Source: Candidatus Limivicinus sp. (GTDB taxonomy: Bacteria; Bacillota; Clostridia; Oscillospirales; Oscillospiraceae). From it: a stretch of DNA of 64,000 nt. The notes under the pieces are model-generated. The model saw only the letters and a list, made by a program, of their open reading frames with translations. It was not told the origin of the DNA and made no database searches. The translations under genes were made by a program, and so were the position numbers. Below are positions 36,486 to 45,562 of this stretch, piece after piece. Where the stretch lies: assembly GCA_045586065.1 (NCBI GenBank), contig JAZMZR010000019.1:26337-90336 (forward strand), written 5' to 3'. The stretch's first letter is position 1; every line of letters starts with the position of its first letter.

Positions 36486-37478
36486 TCAGCACATCGTGGC
36501 GTATATCACGGCCTTTATTGTATGCATCCGGTTCTCCGCCTCGTCGAACACCACAGACTGCCCGGATTCGAAAACCTCGTTCGTCACTTCCATCTCCGGC
36601 AGGCCGAAACGCTTCTCGATATCCGCGCCTATGGTGGTGCGGGTATCGTGGAAAGAGGGCAGGCAGTGCATGAATATCGCGGTCGGTTTCGCCTTTGCCA
36701 TCAGTGCGGCGTTCACCTGATAGGGTCTGAGCAGACGGATCCTGGACTCCCAGACCTCATCCGGTTCTCCCATGGAGACCCAGATATCCGTATAGATAAC
36801 ATCCGCGTCAGCCGCGCCTTCATCCGTGTCTTCCGTCAGCCTGACCGAACCGCCGCTCTCTTCTGCGATCTTTTTCGCTTTCTCCACCAGTTCCTCTGCC
36901 GGAAACAGTTCCTTCGGCGCACAGGCCGTGAAGTTCAGCCCCATCTTCGCACAGGCGATCATCAGGGAATTGCCCATATTGTTCCGGGCATCCCCCATAT
37001 ATGTCAGGTTAAGTCCTTTCAGCCGGCCGAACTTTTCTTCAATGGTAAGCAGATCCGCCAGCATCTGTGTGGGGTGGAACTGGTCCGTCAGTCCGTTCCA
37101 TACAGGCACGCCCGAATACTCCGCCAGTTCCTCCACCAGCCTCTGGCTGAAGCCGCGGTATTCTATGCCGTCGAACATCCTGCCGAGCACTCTGGCAGTG
37201 TCCGGGATGCTCTCCTTCTTTCCCATCTGTGAGCTTCCGGGATCAAGAAACGTCACTCCCAACCCCAGATCGTGGCCAGCCACCTCAAAAGCGCAGCGGG
37301 TGCGGGTGGATGTCTTTTCAAACAAAAGGACTATGTTCTTCCCCTCAAGACGGCGGTGCAGTGTCCCGCTGCGTTTCATCTCCTTGAATTCCTTTGCCTG
37401 GTCAAGCAGATAGCGGATCTCCTCCGGTGTATAGTCCAGAAGCGTCAGGAAGCTTCTTCCTCTCATATCTTTCTCCAT
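36486..37478 (-). CDS. argF: Ornithine carbamoyltransferase
   Basis: 330 aa with STRTR, HPTQ and [10 protein letters not shown] motifs. The C-terminus closely resembles the ArgI/ArcB pattern. Whether the role is anabolic or catabolic is unresolved. Confidence 0.93.
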   Translation of the reverse strand: MEKDMRGRSFLTLLDYTPEEIRYLLDQAKEFKEMKRSGTLHRRLEGKNIVLLFEKTSTRTRCAFEVAGHDLGLGVTFLDPGSSQMGKKESIPDTARVLGRMFDGIEYRGFSQRLVEELAEYSGVPVWNGLTDQFHPTQMLADLLTIEEKFGRLKGLNLTYMGDARNNMGNSLMIACAKMGLNFTACAPKELFPAEELVEKAKKIAEESGGSVRLTEDTDEGAADADVIYTDIWVSMGEPDEVWESRIRLLRPYQVNAALMAKAKPTAIFMHCLPSFHDTRTTIGADIEKRFGLPEMEVTNEVFESGQSVVFDEAENRMHTIKAVIYATMC

Positions 37479-37508
37479 AACCTGATCCCTCCCTTAAACC
37501 GTTTCCAG

Positions 37509-38603
37509 TTATTCAAGTCTGCCCGCTGTTATGCGTATGAAATCCTGCACATTCGTCACCATGGTGGTCGCGGAAAGACTGCCTCTGTCCAGAAGCTTGT
37601 TCACCACGAATTCATCGGCATCCACCGCGTAAAAGTATACGGGCCTTACCGTCCCGTCCGGCAGGACCCTGTAGGAAGGCGTCATGTTTCCGGAGGCGAT
37701 GGTGTGCAGCATGGTCGCAAGGCAGATCACCGTAGTTGCTTTTCTCAGGACTCCTCTCATCGTGTCCTGCGCGCGGTATACATCGGATATCACCTCGGGG
37801 AGAGGCCCGTCGTCACGGATCGATCCGGCGAGGACAAATGGTACTTTATTTCTCACACAGGCACATATTATCCCGTCATCCAATCCGTATTCCTTTATGA
37901 AGGTCGGGATGGAACCGCATTTCCTGACTTTGTTGCAGATGTCAAGATGGTTGTAATGTCCGTTGGGCATCGAACGCTGGGTATAAATGTCCTGTCCGAG
38001 CGCGGTGTGGAGCAGGGCTCCCTCAAGATCGTGGGTCGCAAGGGCATTCCCCGCCAGAAGACCGTGGCAGTAGCCCTTGTCTATCAGGGATGCCATCGCG
38101 CTCCTCGCTCCCGCGTCGAATGCAAAGGCCGGCCCCATTACCCATACTATGTTCCCGTGTTCCCTCTCATAGGAAAGGAGCTCCGTCAGCCTGTCGTAAT
38201 CGCGGGCGAAAGCGGTTTCACGGCTTCGTCCCTGCCGGAACACAAACTGGTCATCCGATCCGGCGTCGCCCGGATCCGTGAAGCCGTCGCAGTGCATATA
38301 GATGCCCTCTTCGGCTCTTTCCGTGCGCCCGAGGACCACGGCATCCCCTTTGCGGAGATTTCTGTTTTCGATCACATACGGCTGTCCGTCTTCCCGGATC
38401 ACCACGCTCGAATCCATGCGGCTGTCCGCGGCCAGCGTCCATTTCCCGCCGATCTTGAAGTACTCCGGATACATCGAAGTGCTGTGGTAGCCCTCCGGTG
38501 CAACTCCGTCGGCAGGTGCGGGGGCAGTCCTGACATCCGGTGATGAGCTGAACTCCGGAAGCGAAAAGTCAGGATGGCGGTATTCCGGCAATACAAATCC
38601 CAT
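37509..38603 (-). CDS. LOR/SDH-domain (TIGR00300-like) protein, archaeal-type ornithine cyclodeaminase-like
   Basis: 364 aa from ATG 38603 with a GAGGAGAAG SD. The pattern GNIVWVMGPAFAFDAGARSAM ... GYCHGLLAGNALATHDLE ... PFVLAGSIRDDGPLPEV is recognised from memory. Confidence 0.7.
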   Translation of the reverse strand: MGFVLPEYRHPDFSLPEFSSSPDVRTAPAPADGVAPEGYHSTSMYPEYFKIGGKWTLAADSRMDSSVVIREDGQPYVIENRNLRKGDAVVLGRTERAEEGIYMHCDGFTDPGDAGSDDQFVFRQGRSRETAFARDYDRLTELLSYEREHGNIVWVMGPAFAFDAGARSAMASLIDKGYCHGLLAGNALATHDLEGALLHTALGQDIYTQRSMPNGHYNHLDICNKVRKCGSIPTFIKEYGLDDGIICACVRNKVPFVLAGSIRDDGPLPEVISDVYRAQDTMRGVLRKATTVICLATMLHTIASGNMTPSYRVLPDGTVRPVYFYAVDADEFVVNKLLDRGSLSATTMVTNVQDFIRITAGRLE

Positions 38604-38658
38604 GATTCTTCTCCTCTGCTTTCCTGTTTTCGGTCTTCTCAATGAATGATCCTGCGAT

Positions 38659-39948
38659 TTACGTTTCCGTGAATGTAAAGATTATCGGACGGCCGCTGCA
38701 TTTCAGACTGCCGTTTTTTACCGTGACTTTTCTGCCGCTTATCCGGTTTTCATATTCCCCGTCGGGAACAGCCAGTTTCACGTCCGCCTTTTCGGAGCGG
38801 AGGGAGAAAACGCCGATCTTCCGTTCCTTGCCGCAGCGCCGTTCCATCACGGCTATCGCGTGCTTATCGTCTGCTGTAGCGGAGAAACTGTCGTCCTTTG
38901 ACAGCGCCTTCTTTTTTATTTCCGCAAGTTTTCTGAGCATCGGGCTGATATCTTTCCCGTCCCGTTCAAAAACCTCTTTTTCGAAAAGACTCGGCAGCTG
39001 TGTGCAGGAAAACTCCTGCCCCGCATACAGCAGAGTGGTCCCCTTGAGGAAAAACAGCATCGCGGTATGGTTTTCCAGATCGCCGTCTGACGCGACCATC
39101 CCCCGGATCCTCGGCCTGTCATGGTTTTCGAGGAACCGCATCTTGTTGTAGTTTTGAGGATACACCGCCTCCTGGAACTCCAGCAGATCGGTCCAGGCGC
39201 TCAGCGGCCCGGTACCGTCCAGGAAGTGCTCATACTGCTCCCAGATGTCATACTGGTATTCCATGTCGAAGGCCTCAAACTCCTCCGTATCACGCGCTGA
39301 GTAAAAGCCTGTGCTGCGGGCAAGGTTTCCGAACCGCATGTGTACGCTTTCGGCGAGCCATATACATCCGGGCCTCACTTCTTCGACCGCCTTTCTCGCG
39401 GCTTTCCAGAACTCAAGCGGCACGAAAGAGGCCACATCACAGCGGAACCCGTCCACGATCCCGGCCCACATCTTCAGGCTTTCTATCTGGTAATCCCACA
39501 GATTCCTGTTGGAATAATCCAGATCTATCACATCCGCCCAGTCGCCTATCTTGTTGCCGGTGTTTCCTTTGGAATCCCGGTAATAAAAGTCCGGGTGCTC
39601 CTTCAGCAGGACCGCATCGGGAGAAGTGTGGTTGTACACCACGTCGATCATCACCTTCATCCCGCGGCTGTGGATCTCATCGACGAGTTTTTTGAAGTCC
39701 TCCATGCTGCCGTAGAAAGGGTTTGTCGTTCTGTAGTCCCTGTTGGCATACGGGCAGCCGAGACTTCCCTTTTTCCCCTTCTCTCCGATCGGGTGGATGG
39801 GCATGAACCAGATGATATCTGTTCCCAGAGCTTTTATGCGGTCAAGATCGGGAATGATTGCGAGAAAGGTTCCCTCCTCGGTGTGATTTCGTACATATAC
39901 GGAATAAATGATCTGCTGACGCAGTGCGTTATCGGTGTCTGCCGCCAT
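38659..39948 (-). CDS. GH13 alpha-amylase-family glycoside hydrolase (cytoplasmic, no signal peptide)
   Basis: 429 aa with GH13 regions DVVYNHTS, GFRCDVASFVP, WLAESV and FLENHDRPR. Confidence 0.9.
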   Translation of the reverse strand: MAADTDNALRQQIIYSVYVRNHTEEGTFLAIIPDLDRIKALGTDIIWFMPIHPIGEKGKKGSLGCPYANRDYRTTNPFYGSMEDFKKLVDEIHSRGMKVMIDVVYNHTSPDAVLLKEHPDFYYRDSKGNTGNKIGDWADVIDLDYSNRNLWDYQIESLKMWAGIVDGFRCDVASFVPLEFWKAARKAVEEVRPGCIWLAESVHMRFGNLARSTGFYSARDTEEFEAFDMEYQYDIWEQYEHFLDGTGPLSAWTDLLEFQEAVYPQNYNKMRFLENHDRPRIRGMVASDGDLENHTAMLFFLKGTTLLYAGQEFSCTQLPSLFEKEVFERDGKDISPMLRKLAEIKKKALSKDDSFSATADDKHAIAVMERRCGKERKIGVFSLRSEKADVKLAVPDGEYENRISGRKVTVKNGSLKCSGRPIIFTFTET

Positions 39949-39990
39949 TGTTCCGGCTCCTTTCGGACTGTTTTCTTTTTGTTTTTAATA

Positions 39991-40019
39991 AGTATATTCC
40001 CTGTGCTCGGTACGGTCAA
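39991..40019 (-). promoter_or_regulatory. Putative sigma-A promoter of the amylase gene (and possibly the two genes downstream)
   Basis: Minus strand: TTGACC, 17 nt, TATACT. Confidence 0.5.
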
Positions 40020-40045
40020 GCATCGGCGCCGCTCCGGAAGGGTAT

Positions 40046-40078
40046 AAAAACACCTCCCGCGGCTACGGGAGGTGTTTG
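40046..40078 (-). terminator. Intrinsic terminator after the symporter gene
   Basis: The 10-bp stem acacctcccg / cgggaggtgt is followed by T5 on the minus strand. Confidence 0.75.
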
Positions 40079-40083
40079 AATGA

Positions 40084-41256
40084 TCAGGATTCCGAGATGT
40101 TGTGTCTGTTGGCATATCCTGTGAGGATCAGCGTGAGTGCTCCGTCGCCGGTCACATTGCAGGCGGTGCCGAAACTGTCCTGCAGAGCAAAGATGGCCAG
40201 CATCAGTGCGGTGCCCGCATCATCGAATCCGAGCACACCGGTTATGAGGCCGAGAGACGCCATGACAGTCCCTCCCGGAACGCCGGGCGCGCCTATCGCA
40301 AATACTGCCAGAAGCACGCAGAAAAGGATCATGGTTCCGATATTCGGAAGCTGTCCGTAAAGGATCTTTGAGATCGTCATACAGAAAAAGACTTCCGTAA
40401 GCACGGATCCGCAAAGATGGATGTTAGCGAAAAGAGGAACTCCGAAGTCCACCATATCATTACGGAGGACCCGGCTCTTTCTGGCTCCGTTCAGTGCAAC
40501 GGAAAGAGTTGCCGCACTGGACATGGTACCGACCGCGGTCAGGTACGCCGGGCCATAATGACGAAGCACCTCCCACGGGTTCCTGCGGGAATAAGCTCCG
40601 GCAATAAGATAGAGTACTGCAAGCCAGATATAATGGCCAGCCATCACGATCAGGATGATCTGGACGAAAGCAGGCAGCTGATGGGTGATCATCCCTTCAT
40701 AGCTGAGGTTGCAGAAGGTAAGGCAGATATAGAACGGAAGCATCGGAATGATGACCTTCTCGACGATCTTCAGAACGATGTTCTGGAATTCCTCAAGAAG
40801 ATTGCATGTGACCTCGCTTTTTGTCCAAACCGCGGCAAGTCCGATGAGGAGCGAGAAAGCAAGCGCGCTCATCACGGGCATGATCTGCGGGATATTCAGC
40901 TGAAATACCACTTCGGGAAGCTCGCGCAGTCCTTCAACATCCGTGACGATGCTCAGATGCGGAATAAGCAGATATCCGGCGCCTGTGCTCATCAGAGCGG
41001 CACAGATGGAACTGACATAGGCAAGGATTACGGCAACAACGAGCATGCGGGATGCGTTTTTGCCCATCCGTGTAATGGACGGTGCGATAAAGCCGATGAC
41101 GATGAGGGGCACGCAGAACATGATCAGCTGGCCCATCACATACTGCAGCGACACCACCACTTTCATGACGCCTTCACCGAACAGCCGGCCCAGAACGATT
41201 CCTATCACCAGAGCTATGATCAGTCTGAACGGAAGACTTGTAAGAATCTTTTTCAT
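40084..41256 (-). CDS. Dicarboxylate/amino acid:cation symporter (DAACS; SstT/GltP-like)
   Basis: 390 aa from ATG 41256 with an AAAGGAGAAAAA SD. It is polytopic, with the SDF-family pattern VGTMSSAATL ... NIHLCGS ... AIGAPGVPGG. Confidence 0.88.
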   Translation of the reverse strand: MKKILTSLPFRLIIALVIGIVLGRLFGEGVMKVVVSLQYVMGQLIMFCVPLIVIGFIAPSITRMGKNASRMLVVAVILAYVSSICAALMSTGAGYLLIPHLSIVTDVEGLRELPEVVFQLNIPQIMPVMSALAFSLLIGLAAVWTKSEVTCNLLEEFQNIVLKIVEKVIIPMLPFYICLTFCNLSYEGMITHQLPAFVQIILIVMAGHYIWLAVLYLIAGAYSRRNPWEVLRHYGPAYLTAVGTMSSAATLSVALNGARKSRVLRNDMVDFGVPLFANIHLCGSVLTEVFFCMTISKILYGQLPNIGTMILFCVLLAVFAIGAPGVPGGTVMASLGLITGVLGFDDAGTALMLAIFALQDSFGTACNVTGDGALTLILTGYANRHNISES

Positions 41257-41273
41257 TTTTTCTCCTTTGACGT

Positions 41274-41308
41274 AAAAAAAAGACATCTGCAAACAAACAT
41301 ACAGATGC
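41274..41308 (-). promoter_or_regulatory. Terminator-like hairpin plus U8 in the 5' leader of the symporter gene
   Basis: Minus-strand RNA reads GCAUCUGUA..UGCAGAUGU followed by CUUUUUUUU. It lies between the consensus promoter and the SD. Confidence 0.45.
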
Positions 41309-41324
41309 TCTGTTTCCGGCTGAA

Positions 41325-41353
41325 ATTATAATGAACCGCTTTCTGTTTGTCAA
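41325..41353 (-). promoter_or_regulatory. Consensus sigma-A promoter of the symporter gene
   Basis: Minus strand: TTGACA, 17 nt, TATAAT. Both hexamers are perfect. Confidence 0.7.
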
Positions 41354-41469
41354 GCCGCAGCAGCTGTTCCGCACTGTTTACAAGCTTCCGGTAAAATATT
41401 ATAATTTGTGTGTAAATGTGTTATCTGCCGTTTTTTCAAAAACTCCGAAAAATCCCCCTGCGTCAGGTA

Positions 41470-41500
41470 TTGCTCGTGACGCAGCGTCATGCGCTATTAT
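41470..41500 (+). promoter_or_regulatory. MerR-type promoter with 19-bp spacer and internal palindrome
   Basis: TTGCTC (41470-41475), a 19-nt spacer containing TGACGcagCGTCA, then TATTAT (41495-41500). It lies 23 nt upstream of the GTG start. Confidence 0.55.
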
Positions 41501-41523
41501 CGGCGCAAAGGAGGTGAAATGCC

Positions 41524-42252
41524 GTGTCAAAATATACTACGGGAGAACTCGCCAAACTCTGCGGAGTGACCGTAAGGACCGTTCAGTATTACGATACCCG
41601 CGGTATCCTGGTTCCGTCCGAACTGTCCGAGGGAGGCAGACGGCTTTATTCCGAAGAAGATCTCAAGCGGATGAAGACCATCTGCTTTCTGCGCGAGCTC
41701 GGCCTGCCGATCAATTCCATTTTCCAGCTTCTGTCTGAAGAAGATCCCGGCAGCGTGATCTCTTTGCTGCTTGAACAGCAGGAGACGCTCCTGAAAGAGG
41801 AGATCGGGGACCGGTCCGAAAAGCTGGCCCGCCTGGAAGCGCTTCAAAAAGAACTTAGGAGCGTGAAGACATTTTCCGTAGATTCCATCGGTGACGCGGC
41901 ATATGTCATGACAAGCAGAAAAAAGCTCAGAAAGATCCGGCTGACAATGCTGTTTACCGGCATCCCGGTGACAGCGATCCAGTGGGCCGCCATCCTGCTC
42001 CTGATCGTCAGGAAAATATGGTGGCCTCTCCTCATCTGGGCGGTCGTTGCCATTCCATGGGGGATCATCATTTCAAGATACTACTTTAAAAACGTTGCGT
42101 ACCTCTGCCCGCAGTGTCACACGGTGTTCAAGCCATCTCTCAAAGAGGCGTTCTGGGCAAAACACACGCCGAACACCAGAAAACTCACCTGCACATCCTG
42201 CGGCCACCATGGATTCTGCGTGGAGGTCGCCGCTGAGGAGGCGGAAAAATGA
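41524..42252 (+). CDS. MerR-family regulator with two C-terminal TM helices and a Cys4 zinc ribbon
   Basis: 242 aa with N-terminal HTH YTTGELAKLCGVTVRTVQYYD, hydrophobic segments LTMLFTGIPVTAIQWAAILLLIV and IWWPLLIWAVVAIPWGIIIS, then CPQC ... CTSC. Confidence 0.88.
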   Translation: MSKYTTGELAKLCGVTVRTVQYYDTRGILVPSELSEGGRRLYSEEDLKRMKTICFLRELGLPINSIFQLLSEEDPGSVISLLLEQQETLLKEEIGDRSEKLARLEALQKELRSVKTFSVDSIGDAAYVMTSRKKLRKIRLTMLFTGIPVTAIQWAAILLLIVRKIWWPLLIWAVVAIPWGIIISRYYFKNVAYLCPQCHTVFKPSLKEAFWAKHTPNTRKLTCTSCGHHGFCVEVAAEEAEK

Positions 42253-43076
42253 CCGAGCAAGTACCTGTTTTAACGATCGTGTTCTGTGCGCTTTCCTGTC
42301 TTGCCGCATTCGGAATCCCCATCGCTCTGCTGCTGGTTTTCCGGATAAAAAAGCACGCGGACATCCTGCCTTTCTTCATAGGCTGCGCCGTGATGCTGCT
42401 CTTTGCCCTGATCCTGGAATCCATCGTCCACAACATCGTACTCAATTCCGTCCTCGGCCAGAAGATACGGGAAAACATCTGGCTATATGCTCTGTACGGC
42501 GGCATGATGGCGGGTATCTTTGAGGAAAGCGGGCGTTTTATCGCCTTCAAAACGGTGCTTAGAAAGAACAACGGAAAGGATGCCAATGCGCTCATGTACG
42601 GCGCAGGCCACGGCGGATTTGAGGCCATCGTGCTCCTCGGGCTTTCCATGATCAGCAACATAGCCATGGCGGCGATGATCAACAGCGGAAGCATCGGCAC
42701 TGTCGCTGGGGCTCTTCCCGATGACGCTCGTGCGCAGCTGCAGCCTGTCATCGACCAGCTCGTCTCCTCATCGCCATATCTGTATCTCGCCGGCATTGTC
42801 GAGCGCATCTTTGCGATCGCTCTGCACATTGCACTCTCCGTTCTCGTCTGGTTCGCCGCGAAGAACAGAAAGAAGATATGGCTTTGGCCTGCCGCCATAC
42901 TTCTCCATGCGGCGGTCGACGGCATTATGGTGATCGTTATGCAATTCACCTCGTTAATCGCCGTTACAGAGGCAGTAATAGGCCTCATGACGGTTATCAC
43001 GGTCTTGATCGCCGTTAAGGTATGGCGCTCCAACGCCGTCCCGTACAGACCTGAAGAGGGCCCGCAGGCTGACTGA
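42249..43076 (+). CDS. YhfC-family intramembrane (glutamic-type) metalloprotease
   Basis: 275 aa, polytopic, with GIFEESGRF and GAGHGGFEA motifs. A 4-nt ATGA overlap joins it to the MerR gene. Confidence 0.8.
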   Translation: MTEQVPVLTIVFCALSCLAAFGIPIALLLVFRIKKHADILPFFIGCAVMLLFALILESIVHNIVLNSVLGQKIRENIWLYALYGGMMAGIFEESGRFIAFKTVLRKNNGKDANALMYGAGHGGFEAIVLLGLSMISNIAMAAMINSGSIGTVAGALPDDARAQLQPVIDQLVSSSPYLYLAGIVERIFAIALHIALSVLVWFAAKNRKKIWLWPAAILLHAAVDGIMVIVMQFTSLIAVTEAVIGLMTVITVLIAVKVWRSNAVPYRPEEGPQAD

Positions 43077-43103
43077 CAGTATAGGATCCCGGAGGCATTT
43101 TTC

Positions 43104-44117
43104 ATGAAAAACATCCTGATAATCTATACCGGCGGCACCATTGGCATGGTGCCCACCGAGAACGGATACTCTCCGCGGGAGGGCTACTTCCGCGGCGCTC
43201 TCGAGAAGATCGGCGGCCTGCACCACTTCAGTATGCCGCACTGGGATTTCATAGAGATGTCTCCTCTGCTGGATTCCTCCAATATATCCGTCGAGGAATG
43301 GAATAAGATCGCGGAATGCATTGCCGCAAACTACGACCGCTACGACGGCTTCGTTGTGCTCCATGGCACGGATACCATGGCCTATACCGCCTCGGCTCTC
43401 TCTTTCATGCTGGAAAACCTGGCAAAGCCTGTCATTCTTACCGGCTCCCAGATCCCGCTCTGCGAACTCCGCAGTGACGGGCGCGACAATCTTATCACCT
43501 CGCTGCTTATCGCAGCGGATGACAAGGTCCATGAGGTCTGTCTGTGCTTCGGCGGTCTGCTCCTGCGCGGCAACCGGACCACAAAATACTCCGCGGACGG
43601 ACTTGCGGCCTTTGCCTCTCCCAATTATCCTCCGCTCGCGGAGATAGGCATCTCCATCCGCTATCATCGCCCGGCGCTGCTCCCCAAACCGGAGGGTGAA
43701 CTGCATCTTCAGAAGCTCGAGCGCATCCCCATCGGTGTTCTGAAAGTCTTTCCCGGCATCCAATTCGAACTCTTTGAATCTATCATGACAGAGACCCTCA
43801 AAGGCATAGTGCTCGAGACCTTCGGCGCCGGCAATATCCCTAAGGGCAGCGGCGCTCTGCTTCCGATCATCCACAAAGCATTCCTCAACGGTACCGTCGT
43901 AACGGTATGCTCCCAATGCGTTCAGGGCACAGTATCCCTCGGCACATACGAGACCAGCAGCGCTCTGACACGTGCCGGTGCGGTGAGCGGTCACGATCTC
44001 ACAACGGAAGCAGCGGTAACCAAACTTTATTATCTATTCAGCAAAGATCTCAGCAAGGACGAGATCAAAGCAGCCATGGAGCAAGATCTCCGGGGTGAGA
44101 TCACCGTACGGGACTGA
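43104..44117 (+). CDS. ansA: Type I L-asparaginase
   Basis: 337 aa with N-terminal IIYTGGTIGM and HGTDTMAYTA motifs. Confidence 0.93.
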   Translation: MKNILIIYTGGTIGMVPTENGYSPREGYFRGALEKIGGLHHFSMPHWDFIEMSPLLDSSNISVEEWNKIAECIAANYDRYDGFVVLHGTDTMAYTASALSFMLENLAKPVILTGSQIPLCELRSDGRDNLITSLLIAADDKVHEVCLCFGGLLLRGNRTTKYSADGLAAFASPNYPPLAEIGISIRYHRPALLPKPEGELHLQKLERIPIGVLKVFPGIQFELFESIMTETLKGIVLETFGAGNIPKGSGALLPIIHKAFLNGTVVTVCSQCVQGTVSLGTYETSSALTRAGAVSGHDLTTEAAVTKLYYLFSKDLSKDEIKAAMEQDLRGEITVRD

Positions 44118-44133
44118 TCCGTGATCCGGTCAG

Positions 44134-44183
44134 CAGACAGCGAGGGACTTTGGAACGATCCAAAGTCCCTCGCTGTCTGTTTA
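44134..44183. terminator. Long bidirectional hairpin terminator
   Basis: The 21-bp perfect stem cagacagcgagggactttgga / tccaaagtccctcgctgtctg has loop acga. Confidence 0.8.
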
Positions 44184-44199
44184 GATTACCGGCAGGGCA

Positions 44200-45030
44200 T
44201 CAATAATACGGAAACAGTTTCAGGCGGTTGTCGCCGCTGCGGTTCGGTCTTCCGAGCGTTACTTCACCGGATGCAGCCCACTCCACGCCACGCACCAGCA
44301 TGGTGATGAAGTTAAAGCGGTCAAGGGCCTCCCAATGCCCTATGGAAGTGACGAACACACGGCCCTTGCCGTATTCGTTGGTCCAGATCACGGGGGTATA
44401 TTCATTCACGCCCGGCATATTCTCCAGTTTGCCGTCCGGAATATCCACGGGGTGGTGTGCAGGCGGGAAGCCGGGTACACGGTAATTGTTCACGTCGTCA
44501 AAGATGGATGCGAGCACGTGGATCTTCGCCTCGGGATGAATGATCAGCTGCGAGAACAGATCGTCAAAGACGTTCATCCACTTCTGGTCGATGTCTTTTG
44601 TAATGGGGCTGTCCGGATCGGTGATCTCAACGAAATGATCGTCCTTCGGGCAGCGGCGGCAGCCCATGGTCATATCGCAGTAGCCGCCCAGCAGCTTGCG
44701 CCACTCATCCGGCCAGTCGTGATCCACCCAGATGGTGGAGTGATAGAAGATTATGCCCTTTCCCTTTGCCACGAAGTCGTAAATAGCGGCCTCCGTCTTC
44801 TCTCCGAAACGGCGGGCTTTCTCGGTGGGGAACAGTTTCCCGTCATAATCGATGAAGAGCGCATCATACGGCTCAAGGTATTCCGGGGTGATATTGCGCA
44901 GTTCCTCCGTATAGACCACGTTGAAGCGCCCGGTCGCCTCCAGGAGCTCCCGAAGCCTGGCCGTGATCTTCCTTCCCTGGTGCTCGACTGTGATCAGACC
45001 GCCTACAAGCAGGATATTGAGTTTGTCCAT
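44200..45030 (-). CDS. ThuA-domain (trehalose-utilisation-like) protein
   Basis: 276 aa with a class-I glutamine-amidotransferase-like ThuA pattern and a good SD. Confidence 0.75.
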   Translation of the reverse strand: MDKLNILLVGGLITVEHQGRKITARLRELLEATGRFNVVYTEELRNITPEYLEPYDALFIDYDGKLFPTEKARRFGEKTEAAIYDFVAKGKGIIFYHSTIWVDHDWPDEWRKLLGGYCDMTMGCRRCPKDDHFVEITDPDSPITKDIDQKWMNVFDDLFSQLIIHPEAKIHVLASIFDDVNNYRVPGFPPAHHPVDIPDGKLENMPGVNEYTPVIWTNEYGKGRVFVTSIGHWEALDRFNFITMLVRGVEWAASGEVTLGRPNRSGDNRLKLFPYY

Positions 45031-45136
45031 TCTTTTCCTCCGATCATATGATTAGTTTTTGATGCTTCTGTTTATCAAGTTTATCATATGGCGTTGGAGA
45101 ATTCCATTGTTTTTCTGCTGAACGCAGCCTATCAGA

Positions 45137-45547
45137 TCATATTATTATCCCGTTCAGGTGATCGACCTCGTGCTGGATGATCTGCGCGGTTCTCCCGGAA
45201 AAACTCTGCCTGTGTTTTTTCCAATCTCCGTCCAGGTATTCCACTTCGATGTTCCGGTACCTTGTGGTCTTCCGCACGCCGTCCAGAGAAAGGCAGCCCT
45301 CTTCCGTTTCATAGGGATCTTCCTTTTTCGTGATCACCGGATTATACATCACCATGTTCAGGATCCCCATGTCCACTATGATGATCCGCTTTCTTACGCC
45401 GATCATGTTGGCCGCCATCCCGACGCAGCGGTCCCGGTTGGCACGCAGCGTGTCCTGCAGATCCAGGCCGACGGAAAGATCCTGTCCGGTGGCTTCCTCT
45501 GACTTCTGCCGGAGGAATAAGATATCTCTCGTTATGGTTCTGATCAT
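45137..45547 (-). CDS. def: Peptide deformylase
   Basis: 136 aa with GMAANMIG, EGCLS and HEVDHLNG motifs. Confidence 0.92.
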   Translation of the reverse strand: MIRTITRDILFLRQKSEEATGQDLSVGLDLQDTLRANRDRCVGMAANMIGVRKRIIIVDMGILNMVMYNPVITKKEDPYETEEGCLSLDGVRKTTRYRNIEVEYLDGDWKKHRQSFSGRTAQIIQHEVDHLNGIII

Positions 45548-45562
45548 AAGCCGTTCCGCCCG

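Noticed and set aside
37272-38543. 423-aa plus-strand ORF (and the similar 48329-49717, 25630-26745, 53491-54606, 9765-10763, 8671-9591, 23471-24289 and 24308-25138)
   Set aside because: All lie antisense to genes with strong family signatures (LOR/SDH protein, guaA, TIM barrel, kinase, tsf, GHMP kinase, DapF-like, DUF1015-like). None has an SD or protein-like composition.
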